Shown: positions 1 through 15,634, counted from the stretch's first letter. The stretch is DNA of 64,000 nt from Dictyostelium discoideum (GCA_000004695.1 CM000153.2:2752001-2816000); one strand, 5' to 3'. Notes: generated by a model not told the origin, from the letters alone. A program made the numbers and translations.

Positions 1-356
1 ATCATACAATTTGTAATTTCTATTTGATTTTACTATGGGGTGGGAATCTCACAAAAAATGATATAGATACATTGAAAAAAAATTACAATTACAATTTCGA
101 AATAAAAATAATAAAAAATTACCCCCTGTCCACATATATATTGTATACAAATTTTTTTTAAAAAAAAAAAAAAAATTAAAATAATAAAGAGTAAAATCAA
201 AAATACACTCTACTCACACATTTTGTGTGATAATTTATTTATTTCATTGTTATTTTTGAATAAAAAAAAAATCACCATATTAAATTAAAAAAAGTATGTG
301 ATCGAGTGATCCATTGTAAAAAATATTTGTAAAAAAAATAATAAAAATAAAATAAA

Positions 357-396
<40 letters not shown>

Positions 397-701
397 TAAT
401 AATAATAATAACAATAATAATAACAAACACCCTATATTTATTTTTTATTTTATTATTTATTTTTTTTTTTATGAAAAATTGTTATTAATATTATTATTAT
501 TTTTATTTATATTTTTCAATACTAAATTAATCATCCTAATAATTCAATACCAACTTTATATTATTTTATGAAAATATTGAAAAAAAACAATAATAATTAT
601 AATTATTTATAATTAAATCTATATATATTTATTGATAAAAAAAAAAACAATAAAAAAAAAAAAAGAAAAATAAAAATAAATTAACAAATCAAATTCTAAG
701 A

Positions 702-732
<31 letters not shown>

Positions 733-866
733 TGTAATGTATTAAAAAAAAATTTAAAATTTAAAATTATAAATTTAAAATTATAAATTTATTTATAAAT
801 TATTAATTTATTAACTTATTTATTTTTTTATTTTTTATAGTAAAAAAAAAAAAAAAAAAAAAAGAA

Positions 867-3644
867 ATGATAAAAGTATTTAAAGATTTAAAATTTTTAA
901 TTTTAATAACCATAATATTATTAAATTTAAAAAGTATAAATTGTAAAATTATTTATGGAGATTCAGTATCATTTGAAAGAGTATTATCACCACAACTTGG
1001 TAAGAATATTACGTTGCCATGGGGTAAAGATAAGGTAATTCATTTGTGTAATCCACATGGAGAAGAATCTATACCAGTTTTAGTTTCAAACAATATACCA
1101 TTGGGTAAACTTGCTTCAAATGATGAAAATTTCTTGGCAATTTTTGGAAACCAATCATTTGCTAGATTGTTGGCTCATTTTAATTGTAAGAAAACAGAGG
1201 AAACTTGTATTAGATTACGTACTGATTTGCCAGTATTTACAAGTTGTCTTTTAATTGGTTCAGTTGATGGGTTTGATCATGTTACTTTCAATTCATCGTT
1301 GAGTGGTGTACCAACCAATATGAATTCATGGAATGTGGATACCGTTGGTAAATTTTCAAATAATCTTACAAGTGCTGGTAGAATTATAGTAAAGAATGAT
1401 AATAATCAAATTTCATTGGGTTGCTTTGAAGAAGGTGATAAAAACAATTTGAACTATATTTTAATGCATCCAAATAATCCAATTGATACCATTGATATAT
1501 GTTATAAATCATTTAATGAAGAATCAGAGTATGTTTTATATGGCCTAGTGGAATGTGGTGATACTTCAAAATCTTCATTCTCTATTAGTGGCTATGTTTT
1601 CTTTGATAAATATTATAGTAGTTCGCGAATTAATAATCCACCTGTTGCTGGTCAAATTGTATATATTCAACAAAAAAATGGTGTGGTTTATGATTTAGAT
1701 GGTAAACGTGTAAATCAAACAATTACAGATGCAAGAGGTTTCTATTATTTTAATAATATTCCAGGTGGTGATTATCAAGTTTACATTACACCAAGTGATC
1801 CAGATACACTATATAGTCCTGATGTTGATTCAAATTTACAAGATCCATATACAAACAAAGCAACCAATGGTTCAATTGAAACCTATATCTATATCAATGG
1901 AAGTGGTGTTGTACCAGTTAGTAAAACCAATTTCGATGATATTAAATTAACATCGGTTTATGTTATTCGTGAAATGAATATTGGTATCTTACCAAAGAAT
2001 ATTTCAATGGAAGGTTTGGTTTTCATTGATTATAATGCCAATGGTCAAATGGATACTGCCGTTACCAATACCTCTGCTCAAGATAAACCATACTCTGGTG
2101 TAAGAGTACAATTACTAGATGAAAATAGAGTTGTAAGAGATGTTATCACTGGTGATGATGGTATTTTCAGTTTTCCAGATGTTCCATATGTCTCAACTGG
2201 ATATATTGCAGTGATTTACACACCAAGTGGTAATGTAATGACAAATTATCCATTCCCACCATCACCATTGGCTGGTGAAATTATAAACTTGGAGATTGTA
2301 CCAAATAATATATTATTGGTCGGTTTAATTAATAATGAAAACTATTGTCAAGATTCACCATTGATGGCAATTATTTGTTATGCAAATCAAGGTTATAATG
2401 AATCACATGCTGATGATCCAGTTTTAATTACATTCCCATCCAATGCAAATAAACATCTCTATAATATGCCACATGGTACAGTTCAACATATTGCCACACA
2501 TAAAGAAATTGGTTCAGTTTATGGTGTTGGTGTTGATAGAGTGAATGGTGATATTTATACAAGTGCATTTATGAAATACTATTCTGGATTTGGACCAAGT
2601 GGAACAGGTGCAATTTATAAATCTACAACTAAAAACAATGATTATCAAACTTCATTATATTTTGATTTGAATAAAGCAATGAATCAAGAGGATTATTGTG
2701 GTACAGACTCACATATTTATCCAATGGATAATTATGATGGAGGTGTTGAAAAGGTTGGAAAGATTGCATTTGGTGATTTAGATATTCACAATGGTTCACT
2801 CTATACCATTGCATTGGCAACCAAAGAGTTGTTAAGAGTTTCAATTTCAGATCCAAGAGATTTCCAACTTTATAATATCTATAATCCATGTATTGAAGAA
2901 CCAGATGATTGGCGTCCATTTGCATTGGGATTACGTCATGGTAATATAATTATTGGTGGTGTTTGTTCTAAAGAATCTGATTCAACCAATATACCAGTTG
3001 GTTATATTATGGAAATGAGTGGTAATATTTTATTAACTGTTCCAATGGATTTCCCAAGAGGTTGTAAATCATTTGGTGGTTCATTCTGTATTCCAGGTGA
3101 ATATTCAGCTTGGTCAAGTGTTTATTTCGAATCACAACCTTGGATTTCAGATTTAACAATGGATGGTGAAGATATGATAATTTCAATTCGTGATCGTGGT
3201 GGTGATTTAGATCGTGATGTTGGTACCTATGATATGTTAAGAGCTTGCTTTGATGGTGATCAATTAATACTTGAGAATAGTGGAATTTGTGGAGGTGTTC
3301 CTGGTGCTCATCTATTACCTTCTGGTTATTTCGGTACACCTGACGGTATCAATAGTGGTGAATATTACAATGATAATTTCTATTATCCAACTGATAATGA
3401 TGGTCATGATAATGTAGCTTCGACTTCTGGTGTTGTAATTCCAGGTTATCATACTCTCTTTGGTTCTTCATTAGATATCGATAGTGTTGGACAAGGTACT
3501 GTTAAAGTTTGGGATAATAAAAATGGTCTATTACTATATGGTATTGGTGTTTATCTTCAAAGTAATGAAAATCCAACAAATAATTTTGGTAAAGCAAATG
3601 GTTTAGGTGATATGGAACCAATTTGTTATAATTATATTAAATAA
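867..3644 (+). CDS. Secreted protein (925 aa) with an N-terminal signal peptide and two SdrD-B/Cna-B-type beta-sandwich repeats (colossin-like); C-terminal ~550 aa of unknown function
   Basis: Single long ORF from the track. The N-terminus MIKVFKDLKFLILITIILLNLKSINC is a hydrophobic signal-peptide-like start. Two segments match the SdrD B-like / Cna B pattern G.V..D.N.NG..D..E.G..GV.V.L...G....T.TD..G.Y.F: YVFFDKYYSS..AGQIVYIQQKNGVVYDLDGKRVNQTITDARGFYYFNNIPGGDYQVYITPSD and EGLVFIDYNANGQMD..SGVRVQLLDENRVVRDVITGDDGIFSFPDVPYVSTGYIAVIYTPSG. There are many N-glycosylation sequons. Codon usage is typical of a genuine Dictyostelium gene. Confidence 0.65.
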   Translation: MIKVFKDLKFLILITIILLNLKSINCKIIYGDSVSFERVLSPQLGKNITLPWGKDKVIHLCNPHGEESIPVLVSNNIPLGKLASNDENFLAIFGNQSFARLLAHFNCKKTEETCIRLRTDLPVFTSCLLIGSVDGFDHVTFNSSLSGVPTNMNSWNVDTVGKFSNNLTSAGRIIVKNDNNQISLGCFEEGDKNNLNYILMHPNNPIDTIDICYKSFNEESEYVLYGLVECGDTSKSSFSISGYVFFDKYYSSSRINNPPVAGQIVYIQQKNGVVYDLDGKRVNQTITDARGFYYFNNIPGGDYQVYITPSDPDTLYSPDVDSNLQDPYTNKATNGSIETYIYINGSGVVPVSKTNFDDIKLTSVYVIREMNIGILPKNISMEGLVFIDYNANGQMDTAVTNTSAQDKPYSGVRVQLLDENRVVRDVITGDDGIFSFPDVPYVSTGYIAVIYTPSGNVMTNYPFPPSPLAGEIINLEIVPNNILLVGLINNENYCQDSPLMAIICYANQGYNESHADDPVLITFPSNANKHLYNMPHGTVQHIATHKEIGSVYGVGVDRVNGDIYTSAFMKYYSGFGPSGTGAIYKSTTKNNDYQTSLYFDLNKAMNQEDYCGTDSHIYPMDNYDGGVEKVGKIAFGDLDIHNGSLYTIALATKELLRVSISDPRDFQLYNIYNPCIEEPDDWRPFALGLRHGNIIIGGVCSKESDSTNIPVGYIMEMSGNILLTVPMDFPRGCKSFGGSFCIPGEYSAWSSVYFESQPWISDLTMDGEDMIISIRDRGGDLDRDVGTYDMLRACFDGDQLILENSGICGGVPGAHLLPSGYFGTPDGINSGEYYNDNFYYPTDNDGHDNVASTSGVVIPGYHTLFGSSLDIDSVGQGTVKVWDNKNGLLLYGIGVYLQSNENPTNNFGKANGLGDMEPICYNYIK

Positions 3645-4031
3645 TTAATAAAAAAAAATGAAATAAATAAAACAAAATAAATATAAAAAAATAAATAAAT
3701 ATAAAAATAAATATAAAAATAAATAAATATAAAAATAAATAAATAAACTATAGATTAAGTAATATGTTTTTTTTATTTTTTATTTTTTTATATATATATT
3801 AATAAGATATTTATTATTAAATTTGTATTACAGGAAATAATCGTCAAGCTATATTATTACTATTTTTTTTTTATTATTATTATTATTTATTATTTTAACT
3901 CTCTTTCTCTCTTTTTTTTTTTTTTTTTTTTTTTATTTGGATTACATGTATTAAACTTTTTTTTTATTTTTTAATTTTTTTTTTATTTTTTTTTTTTTTT
4001 TAATTTTTTTTTTTTGATATTGTTATTTGAT

Positions 4032-4292
4032 TTAACAAAAGGATTTTTTACCTCCACTCTTTGTTTTATTTTTTGATTTGATATCAACTTCGTCTGGTTT
4101 TGGTGTTTCTTGAATATCTGCAAGTCTATTTTTAATATCTCTTGCCATTGAAATAAAACATTCTTCAACATTTGTTGCATTCTTAGCACTAGTTTCAATG
4201 AATGGAATACCATAACTTTCTGCAAATGACTATTTTTTTTTTTAAAAAAAATATAAATGAAAATATTTATGTTAGTGTGTAAATTAATTTTG

Positions 4293-4389
<97 letters not shown>

Positions 4390-4953
4390 TATTAATATTA
4401 TTTATTATTTGAAATAACAAACTAATTACATACTTTAGCTTGATTTGAATCGACAACTTTTTCGTTTACTAAATCAGTTTTGTTACCAACTAAAAGTTTA
4501 TTAACATTTTCGCAAGCATATCTATCGATTTCACCCATCCATTGTTTAACATTTGTAAATGAATCTTGATCAGTGCAATCATAAACAAGAATAATACCTT
4601 GAGCACCACGATAGTATGATGATGTAATAGTTCTAAATCTTTCTTGTCCTGCGGTATCCCACTATAAATTAAATGAATAAATTATCAATAAAATGATTCT
4701 GGTGTGTAGTTTATTTTTAATTTTTTTTTTTTTTTTTTTTTTTTACATACGATTTGTAATTTTATGGTTTTACCATCAAGATTTAATGTTTTAATTTTGA
4801 AATCTACACCAATTGTTGAAATATGTGTGTCGGTCCACGAATCATCCTAAAAAATATATACATATATATGGAAATAAATTTAAATTAGTTTTTTTTTTAA
4901 AAAAAAATTCCATTGTCATAAAAATAGTATGGATTTTAACCCAGGGACGTTCT

Positions 4954-4991
<38 letters not shown>

Positions 4992-5418
4992 AAATTTTTA
5001 AAAAAAAAAAAAACAGAATGTCGGGTGATAATAATGATTTAAAAAATTATAGTTATACTTACAGCAAATCTAAGTAATAAACATGATTTACCAACACCAC
5101 TATCACCAATTAAAAGAATTTTAAAGAAAAAATCGCTATAAGTTTATATATTTTTTTAAAGAAAAAAAAAAAGAGAGTTAGTTTATTTTTTTTTTTTTTT
5201 TTGAAAATTTTATGAAAAAAAAAGTCGATCGTTTTGATTTTTTAACAATATTTTATTTTTGTACACACTAATCCAAATTTTATTTTTATAAAAATAAAAA
5301 AAAAAAAAAAAAAGTAAAGTTTTATAAAAAAATAATAAAAAAGATTAAAAATAAAAATAAAAAAAAATTATTCCATTTGGATACTTACTGTTCTGGTGCC
5401 ATAGACATTTTATATGTG
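4032..5418 (-). CDS. Rab1-family small GTPase, 5 exons: complement(join(4032..4229,4434..4661,4751..4846,5063..5135,5399..5418))
   Basis: Spliced translation: [180 protein letters not shown]...GGKKSFC*. The P-loop GDSGVGKS, switch [16 protein letters not shown] and NKxD motifs are all present. Every intron has GTAAGT/GTATGT at the 5' end and AG at the 3' end, and the phases are consistent. The track ORF 3983..4225 (-) is a wrong-frame artefact overlapping the last exon. Confidence 0.85.
4305..4390. repeat. (ATT)n microsatellite of about 29 units inside the Rab1-like gene intron
   Basis: Perfect trinucleotide repeat read directly from the sequence. Confidence 0.9.
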
Positions 5419-5860
5419 TATATGTGTATATGAGGTATATAAATTTAAAAAACTTTTTTTTATTTTAAAAAAAAAAAATATATATATATTATTTAACTGT
5501 TGTTTAGATAATAAAAAATTATTGATGATGATATTTATTCGTTTTGGGTTCAAAAACTATAGTGGTTTGTTTTCGATTGGGTTTGTATATATAAATAAGG
5601 TTTTGAGATTTTTTTTTAAATTATAAATAGTTTTTTTTTTTTTTTTCTTCTTTTTTTCTTCTTTTTCCTATATAATTTTAAATATATTTTATATTGATAT
5701 TATTTGTTACAAGTTAGTGTGATAAACGAATGATATTGTTATTTATAAATGAATTGGTGGTGGGTGTTTTATAGTGTAACTATATCAAAAAAAAAAAATT
5801 TAAAAAAAAAAAAAAAAATTAAAAAAAAAAAATCAAAAAAATTTTAAAAAAACTTTTTTT

Positions 5861-5915
<55 letters not shown>

Positions 5916-5960
5916 GATAATTTTTTTTTTAGGGTAATTTTTTTTTAAGAAAAAATGAAA

Positions 5961-5998
<38 letters not shown>

Positions 5999-6128
5999 AT
6001 TTATTTATTATTATTATTTTTTTTTTAATTAATAAATATCTTTGTAATCAATGCAATTTATTTTTAATAACTCTATTTTTTTTTTTTTTTTTTTGGGCTT
6101 TAACCATTCAAACAAAACGAAATTTATC

Positions 6129-6169
<41 letters not shown>

Positions 6170-6227
6170 CTTAACAATCGCGATTATTAAAATTTTTTTT
6201 TTCATTCCCAGTTAGTGCGTTTTTTAC

Positions 6228-6267
<40 letters not shown>

Positions 6268-6385
6268 TAAAATAAACAAAAAAATTGGGATTCTTTGTTT
6301 TCATTTATTTATTTTTTTAGTTCATCTTTTTTTTTTTTAAAATTATCCAAATAAATATATAAATGTTAAAAGTTGAAAAAAAAAA

Positions 6386-6430
<45 letters not shown>

Positions 6431-6463
6431 TTTAAGTTGCCAGGGCAAAAAAAACCCTTAAAA

Positions 6464-6501
<38 letters not shown>

Positions 6502-6635
6502 TTAAATACCCAAGTTTTTTTTTTTAAAATTTTTTTTTTAATTTTTTCAAACTTACCCAACTACAAAATAAAAAAAAAAAACCCACATAAGAACAAATAA
6601 TAAATAAAAATATAAAAAAACGAATAATAATAATA

Positions 6636-9135
<2,500 letters not shown>

Positions 9136-10808
9136 TAACTTTGTTTTTTTTTTTTTATTTATTTTTTTTGATTTATTTATTTTTTTTTTAATAAAAATAA
9201 ATTATTTAATTTTTAAATCTTTTTTTTTTTTTTTTATTCTTCAATTTTCTTTTTTTTTTTTTTTTTTTAAATTATCAAACAAATAAATAAATAATTTACA
9301 AGATTTCAATTTAATAATTATTTAAGTAATTTTTTTTTATTTTTCCTTTTTTTTTTATTTTCCATCATTTATAATTATTATTACTTTATTTTTATTTATT
9401 ACAATTGACGAAATCCAATAATTATTGAGCAAAATTAATTAACTTTACTAGATTGTAAATATATCACAAATTATATTTTATCTTTTTAATTAATTTTATA
9501 AAATATTTATTAATATCAATTTAGTAATATTGGAATTGGCTGGAAATATTTGATTATATTTTTATAAAATATTTCACTACAACTTTAAAAAATATTAACT
9601 AATGCAAATTAATTATATTTTTATTAATATTTGTTTTTGTGAAATTTAAAAAAAAAAAAAAAATTTTAATCTTTATTTATTCCAATTAGTATTTGTTTGT
9701 GAATATTTATATATTGGGTTATCAAAGGTATTATTTTAAAATTAGAGATATTTATTTAAAAATTGATTAAACTAAATATAATAATTTATTTAAAAAAAAA
9801 CTTGAAAATAATTAATTTTAAATTTAATTGAAAATGGTATAAATTTCATTAAAATAGTGTCCATATAAAACATTTAATGTTGTATGGTCAGGTATAGATC
9901 ATTTTATTAAGGGACAGGGACATTGGATTACTGATAAAGTTGGAAAGACAGGCCGAATATTTAACTTAAAAAAGAAATGATGAAAGGTGAAAGACAACAT
10001 GCCATTCAACAAAAGTCTATAAACTGGTCATGTAAAAAAAGTCTTTATAAGATGCCCAATTACTTTCAAAACTATCCTATTATGATCTCAAAAATTGAAT
10101 TTTATTAACATGTCAAGATGTAAGAATTTCACAAGTTAAATTACAATTAACCAACCAATTAATGGCTTAGATGCATCTTCTTTAAGTGAGGTTGATCTTC
10201 CCAACCTGAATTTAGTGAAAATGAAAGTACCCAGATTACTCGTCTATTTTTTAAAAACATATGAAAATGCTTCAAATCACAAAGCCAAAATATTGTAATT
10301 AAAGTGGGTGTAATAGAAATGGTAATAAATATGCATTGGTCAAGTCAAATTAGAAAAAATAATGTTTTGAGGAACTCCTCAACACAACTATTCAATAAAT
10401 CTTCTTGAGTTTTGTAAAACTCTCATTGTATATTTACATTATAGAAACTATTTCTTGAGGCTTTCACCTTTAAAGAATCTTCATTGGTGGTATTTAAAAT
10501 TTATACCGCTCAAATTACAAAATCAAATACATATATCAAATTTAATGATTTTTTTAAATACTCAAATAAAATAATTGTTTTATAATAAAAAAAACTTTAT
10601 TTTCAAAATTTAATTTTTTAATATAAATAAATCTATATCAATGTGTTTTTATAATTTTCATTTTAATTCAAAACCTTATTTATAAATTATTCTAAAAAAA
10701 AAAAAAATTAAAATCTCATAATGAAATTTTTAGCCTTTTTCAAAGATATAAAAAAAGTATTTTTAGAAATAAAAAAATAAATAAATAAATAATTAAATTT
10801 ATTTTTAA

Positions 10809-10840
<32 letters not shown>

Positions 10841-10876
10841 ATAAATAATTAAATTTATTTTTAATTTTTTTATATT

Positions 10877-12154
10877 TTATTTTCTTTTAAAAGTTGATGA
10901 AGATTTTTTAGAAGTTTTTGCAGAAGGTTTTGAAGGAGTTTTTGTAACTTTCTTTTTTTTATCATTTGGATCTTCTGGTTTTTTAATTACAGTTATAAAA
11001 GAGTCCATACGAGATTGAACACTTGTATTTTTAAATTTCTTTAATTTTTCAATACCTTGAGCGACTCTAACATCAGAGAAACCCATTTCTTCAACTAAAA
11101 ATTTATTTAAACCTTCAACATCTGGATCTTTCCATTGAAAAGGTGGTAATTGATCAGCTGGAATAACATTTGGATTTTTAAATAATTCTCTCACCTCTGG
11201 GTATGGGAAAAACTCTGGTAATGGGTATTTGGATTTATCTAAATGTTTGATTACCTCCTCCAATGATTTATGTTTTTGAATTAACTCAATTGCTCTCTTT
11301 GGACCAATACCTTTGATACTATCACAATAATCACAACCTAAAAGAATGGAAAGATCAATAAACTCATCTTGAGTTAACCCTAAACCCTCCAATACTGATT
11401 GTAATTCAAATTCTAGAATTGGCATTTTCTTTGCTTCTGAAAAGAAAAGACGTCTAAGTAGTACTGTTGAACCTAATGTCAAAGAATCCATATCCTCTGA
11501 CCCGGTTGCCCATGCTTTACCCTTCTTTACAATCTCTGCACATTGCGCTTCTGCCTCACATGGTGCCTTTACAATTGGTACACCCATTAATGTTAAAAGT
11601 TTTATACAATCTTCATTTTGTTTACGTGTAACTGTAATAACACGTTTTGCAAATTTCTGAACCTCTTCATTGGTACCAACCTCTGTTGCTTCCTTTAAAT
11701 TCTCTTTTGCTTCTTTTCTTCTTGCTTGTCTTTTTGCTAATTCACCACTCTTTAATACTGGTGCACTACCATCAAATACATAAATTGGTTTAATACCTCT
11801 TGAAATTAATTTAATTGTACGATAAAACATACCTTGTAAATGACTAAATAAAAAAAAAAATAAAAAAATAAAAAATTTTAATATTTTATTATTTTATTAT
11901 TTTATTAATTATTAATTATTAATTATTAATTATTAATTATTATTTATTTTTATTTTATTTTTTTACCTTGTAGTTTCACCAAGTTGATTTGTTAATGCCG
12001 AAGAAACATCAGCATTCATTGCAATAAGAAATTGATATAAACTTGTTGATGCATCAATTGCAATAATTCTACCAAAATAGTTTTTTAATATATTTGTTTT
12101 AATTGAAGTTGGTGCATTATCTTCAATTAAATCTGTTAATTTTTTAATTCCCAT
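10877..12154 (-). CDS. repG: Flap endonuclease 1 (FEN1), 2 exons: complement(join(10877..11843,11967..12154))
   Basis: Exon 1: [62 protein letters not shown]. After the splice: [40 protein letters not shown]...[20 protein letters not shown].... This is collinear with eukaryotic FEN1 (MGI.GL..LI.D.AP.....Y.GR..AIDASMS.YQFL, the XPG-N/XPG-I domains, and a basic C-terminal tail). The donor is AG|GTAAAA and the acceptor is TTTAG. The gene symbol repG (Dictyostelium FEN1) is given from memory and not verified. Confidence 0.9.
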
Positions 12155-12740
12155 TTTCTCTTTTTTATGAATACAGAAATAATATAATTGATAAAAAAAA
12201 AAAAAAAAAAAAAAATTTTTTAAAGAAAAAAAATAAAAAAAGAAAGGTGTGAAAAAAAATTTTAAAAAAAAAAAGCGGGATATAAAAAAATTCTAATATT
12301 TATTATTTTTTTTAAAAGTTTGAATTTTTTGGGAAATTGTTTAATTATTATTTTATTTTTTAATTTTTTTTTTTTTTAAAATATTATTTACTTATCAGAT
12401 TTTAATAGATCTATTTACCATTTTTTCCAAAATTTAATTCCCTTTTAAAAAAAACCAATTGATTTATTTTTGTCAATTGTAATATTTGGGTCTTGTTTGA
12501 AAGATAAAAAATTCTATTTTTAAACCAAACCATTTTATAATTTACAAATCAATACCAAATTATTTATGAATAATTTCTATAATCTTCATTAATAAAAAAT
12601 AAATAAAAAAAAATTATATCAAAATACCAATTTTTTGTTATTAGATATATTTGTTAATAAAATATCAATTTTTTAAGTGATTACCATAGTTTTTTGGATT
12701 TTAAAAACTCTTATTAGAAAAATCAATTCAATTTTCACAG

Positions 12741-12776
<36 letters not shown>

Positions 12777-13007
12777 AATTCTTGTTCTGATTTTTTATAC
12801 AAAATTTTCCAAAAAAAAAAAATGATAATAAAAATTAAAAAATCAATAAAAATAAAATAATGTTAGTATAATAATAAATACGGTTGTAAAAAAAAAAAAA
12901 AATAATAAAAAAATAAAAAAGGATTTCTTTAATAATTCTCTATTTTTTTTTTTAAAAAAAAAAAAAAAATTAATAACATTGTTATGATTTGTAAGTTTAA
13001 TGAAATA

Positions 13008-13041
<34 letters not shown>

Positions 13042-13475
13042 GAAAATTATTATAAAATAAAATTAATTATTTCTGAAAATTTTCTCTTTTTTTTTTTAAT
13101 ATATATAAAAAAAAAAACATTATATTAAAAATTTGGTATAAAAATAAGTTAATATTTATTTTTATTATTAAAATAATTTCCTCACAAAAACACTTTTTAT
13201 ACCTAAAAGTTTATCCAAAGAATTTTATGTATAGAATCATCATTAGAAAATATAACAGTTTTATTATTAAATTATAAATTCTCTTTTTATATTTTTTTTT
13301 TATTTACTCAAATTTAAATTTCATTTCTCTTTTTATTTTTTTTAAAATAATTGTAAGTAAAACTATTTTTATTTTTATTTTTAAAAACCTTTTGCTTGAA
13401 ATTCAGTTGGAGAGTCTCGTTTTTTTTTTTTTTTTTTTTTTATTTTATTTTCAAAAAATTATTTTTTTTTTTTTT

Positions 13476-13514
<39 letters not shown>

Positions 13515-13884
13515 CTTCCCCGTGTTTTTTTTTTTTTTTTTTTTTTTTTTTATTTTTGTAATTTTTATAGCAGGTAAAGTATCTCAACGAAATTGTGTAC
13601 TTTTTTCATTTTCACCATTATGTGTTTATATAAAAAAAAAAAAAAAAATAAAATAAAATAAATTAATTTTAAAAAAATAAAATAAAATAAAATAATAAAA
13701 GTAAATAAAATAAAAAATGAAACATTAAATTTTAAAAAAATAAAAAATAATAATAAAATATAAATAATTGAAATAATGTGTTTGCATTTCTAAAATAACA
13801 ATAATAATAACAACAATAATTATAAATAATAATAAAAAGTCAACTTTTCTATCTACACTTTCTTTGATATTTTTTTTTTGCATG

Positions 13885-13922
<38 letters not shown>

Positions 13923-14074
13923 TATATAAAAAAAATTCAACCCACACTTTTTTTCTTTTTTTTTTTTTATTTTTTTTTCTTTTTTTTTTTATTTTTTCAC
14001 ACTCTAAAATATTATTCATTGCTAATATCAAAAAAAAAAAAAATTTTTAAAAAAAAGAATTTAACAACAACAAA

Positions 14075-14554
14075 ATGTCAGATAACGAAGCTTTAGATGT
14101 CGAAGACTACGCCCAAGCCGGTTCAGGTGCTTCATTAACCTTCCCAATTCAATGTTCAGCATTAAGAAAGAACGGTTTCGTCGTCATTAAAGGTTTCCCA
14201 TGTAAGATTGTTGATATGTCAACTTCCAAAACCGGTAAACACGGTCACGCCAAAGTTAACATCACTGCTATCGATATCTTCACTGGTAAGAAATACGAAG
14301 AAATTTGCCCATCAACTCACAACATTGATGTACCAAATGTCAGCAGAAAGGAATACACCGTTATGGATGTTCAAGATGGTTACTTATCACTCTTGGATGC
14401 TGGTGGTGAAGTCAAAGAAGATCTTGCCCTCCCAGAAGATGATATTGGTAAAGAAATTACCCAAATGTTAAAAGAAGGTAAAGAGCCATTAGTTTCAGTC
14501 ATCTCTGCTTTAGGTAAAGAAGGTGTCGTCTCTGTTAAAGTCAGCAACAATTAA
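14075..14554 (+). CDS. eif5a: Eukaryotic translation initiation factor 5A (eIF5A), single exon, 159 aa
   Basis: The hypusine-loop motif STSKTGKHGHAK is present, and the overall sequence is typical eIF5A (..FPCKIVDMSTSKTGKHGHAKVNITAIDIFTGKKYE..). Third codon positions are enriched in C/G, as expected for a highly expressed Dictyostelium gene. Confidence 0.95.
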   Translation: MSDNEALDVEDYAQAGSGASLTFPIQCSALRKNGFVVIKGFPCKIVDMSTSKTGKHGHAKVNITAIDIFTGKKYEEICPSTHNIDVPNVSRKEYTVMDVQDGYLSLLDAGGEVKEDLALPEDDIGKEITQMLKEGKEPLVSVISALGKEGVVSVKVSNN

Positions 14555-14940
14555 ATTGTTTAAAATTCTCTTTATAAAAAAAAAAAAAAAAAAACAAAAC
14601 TCTTACATGCAAAGACTTTTTTTCTTTTTCTATTTTTTACCCTCTTTTCAATTTAAATAAATAAACCAAAAAAAAAAAGTTCAATTTCATTAGAGATAAA
14701 ACATTAATTTTTTTTTTCTTTTTTATCTTTTTTAAAATTATGAATCAAAAAGATTTAATTGTGTTTTTAATAAAAAAAAATAAAACAAGGATTAATTCAT
14801 TGTTATTAAAATTACAAAAAAATTAATTTTTATTATATGTTAACAGTTGGTGAAGAACACATTTGTTATTATTTTTGAATGTGATCACCACCATTTGAAA
14901 TTATTATTATTATTATTATTATTATTATTTATTATTATTA

Positions 14941-14982
<42 letters not shown>

Positions 14983-15626
14983 TATTTATTAATTATTAAT
15001 TATTATTAATTATTATTTTTTTTTACTATTATTATTAATTATTATTTAACTACTAATAATAAATAAATAATAAATAATAAATAATGACAGAAAAAAAAAT
15101 AATAAATAATAATAAATAATAATAAATAATAATAAATAATAAATAATAATAAATAATAATAAATAATAATAAATAATAATAAATAATAATAAATAATAAT
15201 AAATAATAATTATTTGATTAATTTATATATAAATTTGTAGTATTTTAAAATTCAATTGATGAGTATCTAATGAAATTAATAATGGTTTGTCATGTTTGTT
15301 TAATCTCTTAAGTTGAATTATTTTAATTAAACCTGAATGAAACACTATAAACTGAGATCATTTTTAATGTTGTTGTTGGTTGATACTATTATGTTTCTTT
15401 AATCATTGATTTTAAATTCTACTACTGTTATTATTAATTCCTATTTTTGCTGTTGTTATTCAATACAATTAAAACTTTAAAACCTAAAATATACTAAATA
15501 GATCTTTTTTTTTATATTTTTTTTTTAATGACCATCACTAAATTTTTTTAATTTTTTTAAAATTTCTAAAAATAAAAAATTTAAAAAACATCACTGACCA
15601 CAAAAAATTAAAAAAACATCTGACTA

Positions 15627-15634
15627 TCCCATAA
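15627..15634 (+). promoter_or_regulatory. DUSE-like element (ATCCCATAA) about 60 nt upstream of the candidate SRP RNA start, followed by a TATA-like TTATAAAG at 15683-15690
   Basis: The Dictyostelium upstream sequence element consensus [AT]CCCA[CT]AA normally lies about 60 nt upstream of ncRNA genes. An exact match is read here. Confidence 0.5.

Noticed and set aside
3983-4225. Track ORF (80 aa, minus) [11 protein letters not shown]...
   Set aside because: It is out of frame with, and fully overlapped by, the terminal exon of the Rab1-like gene (the [22 protein letters not shown] frame). Its own sequence is low-complexity lysine-rich read-through into a poly-A tract.
13392-13940. ORFs made of poly-F / poly-K (13392..13577, 13396..13656, 13725..13940)
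   Set aside because: They lie entirely in T- and A-homopolymer intergenic DNA between FEN1 and eIF5A, with no complexity and no coding signal.
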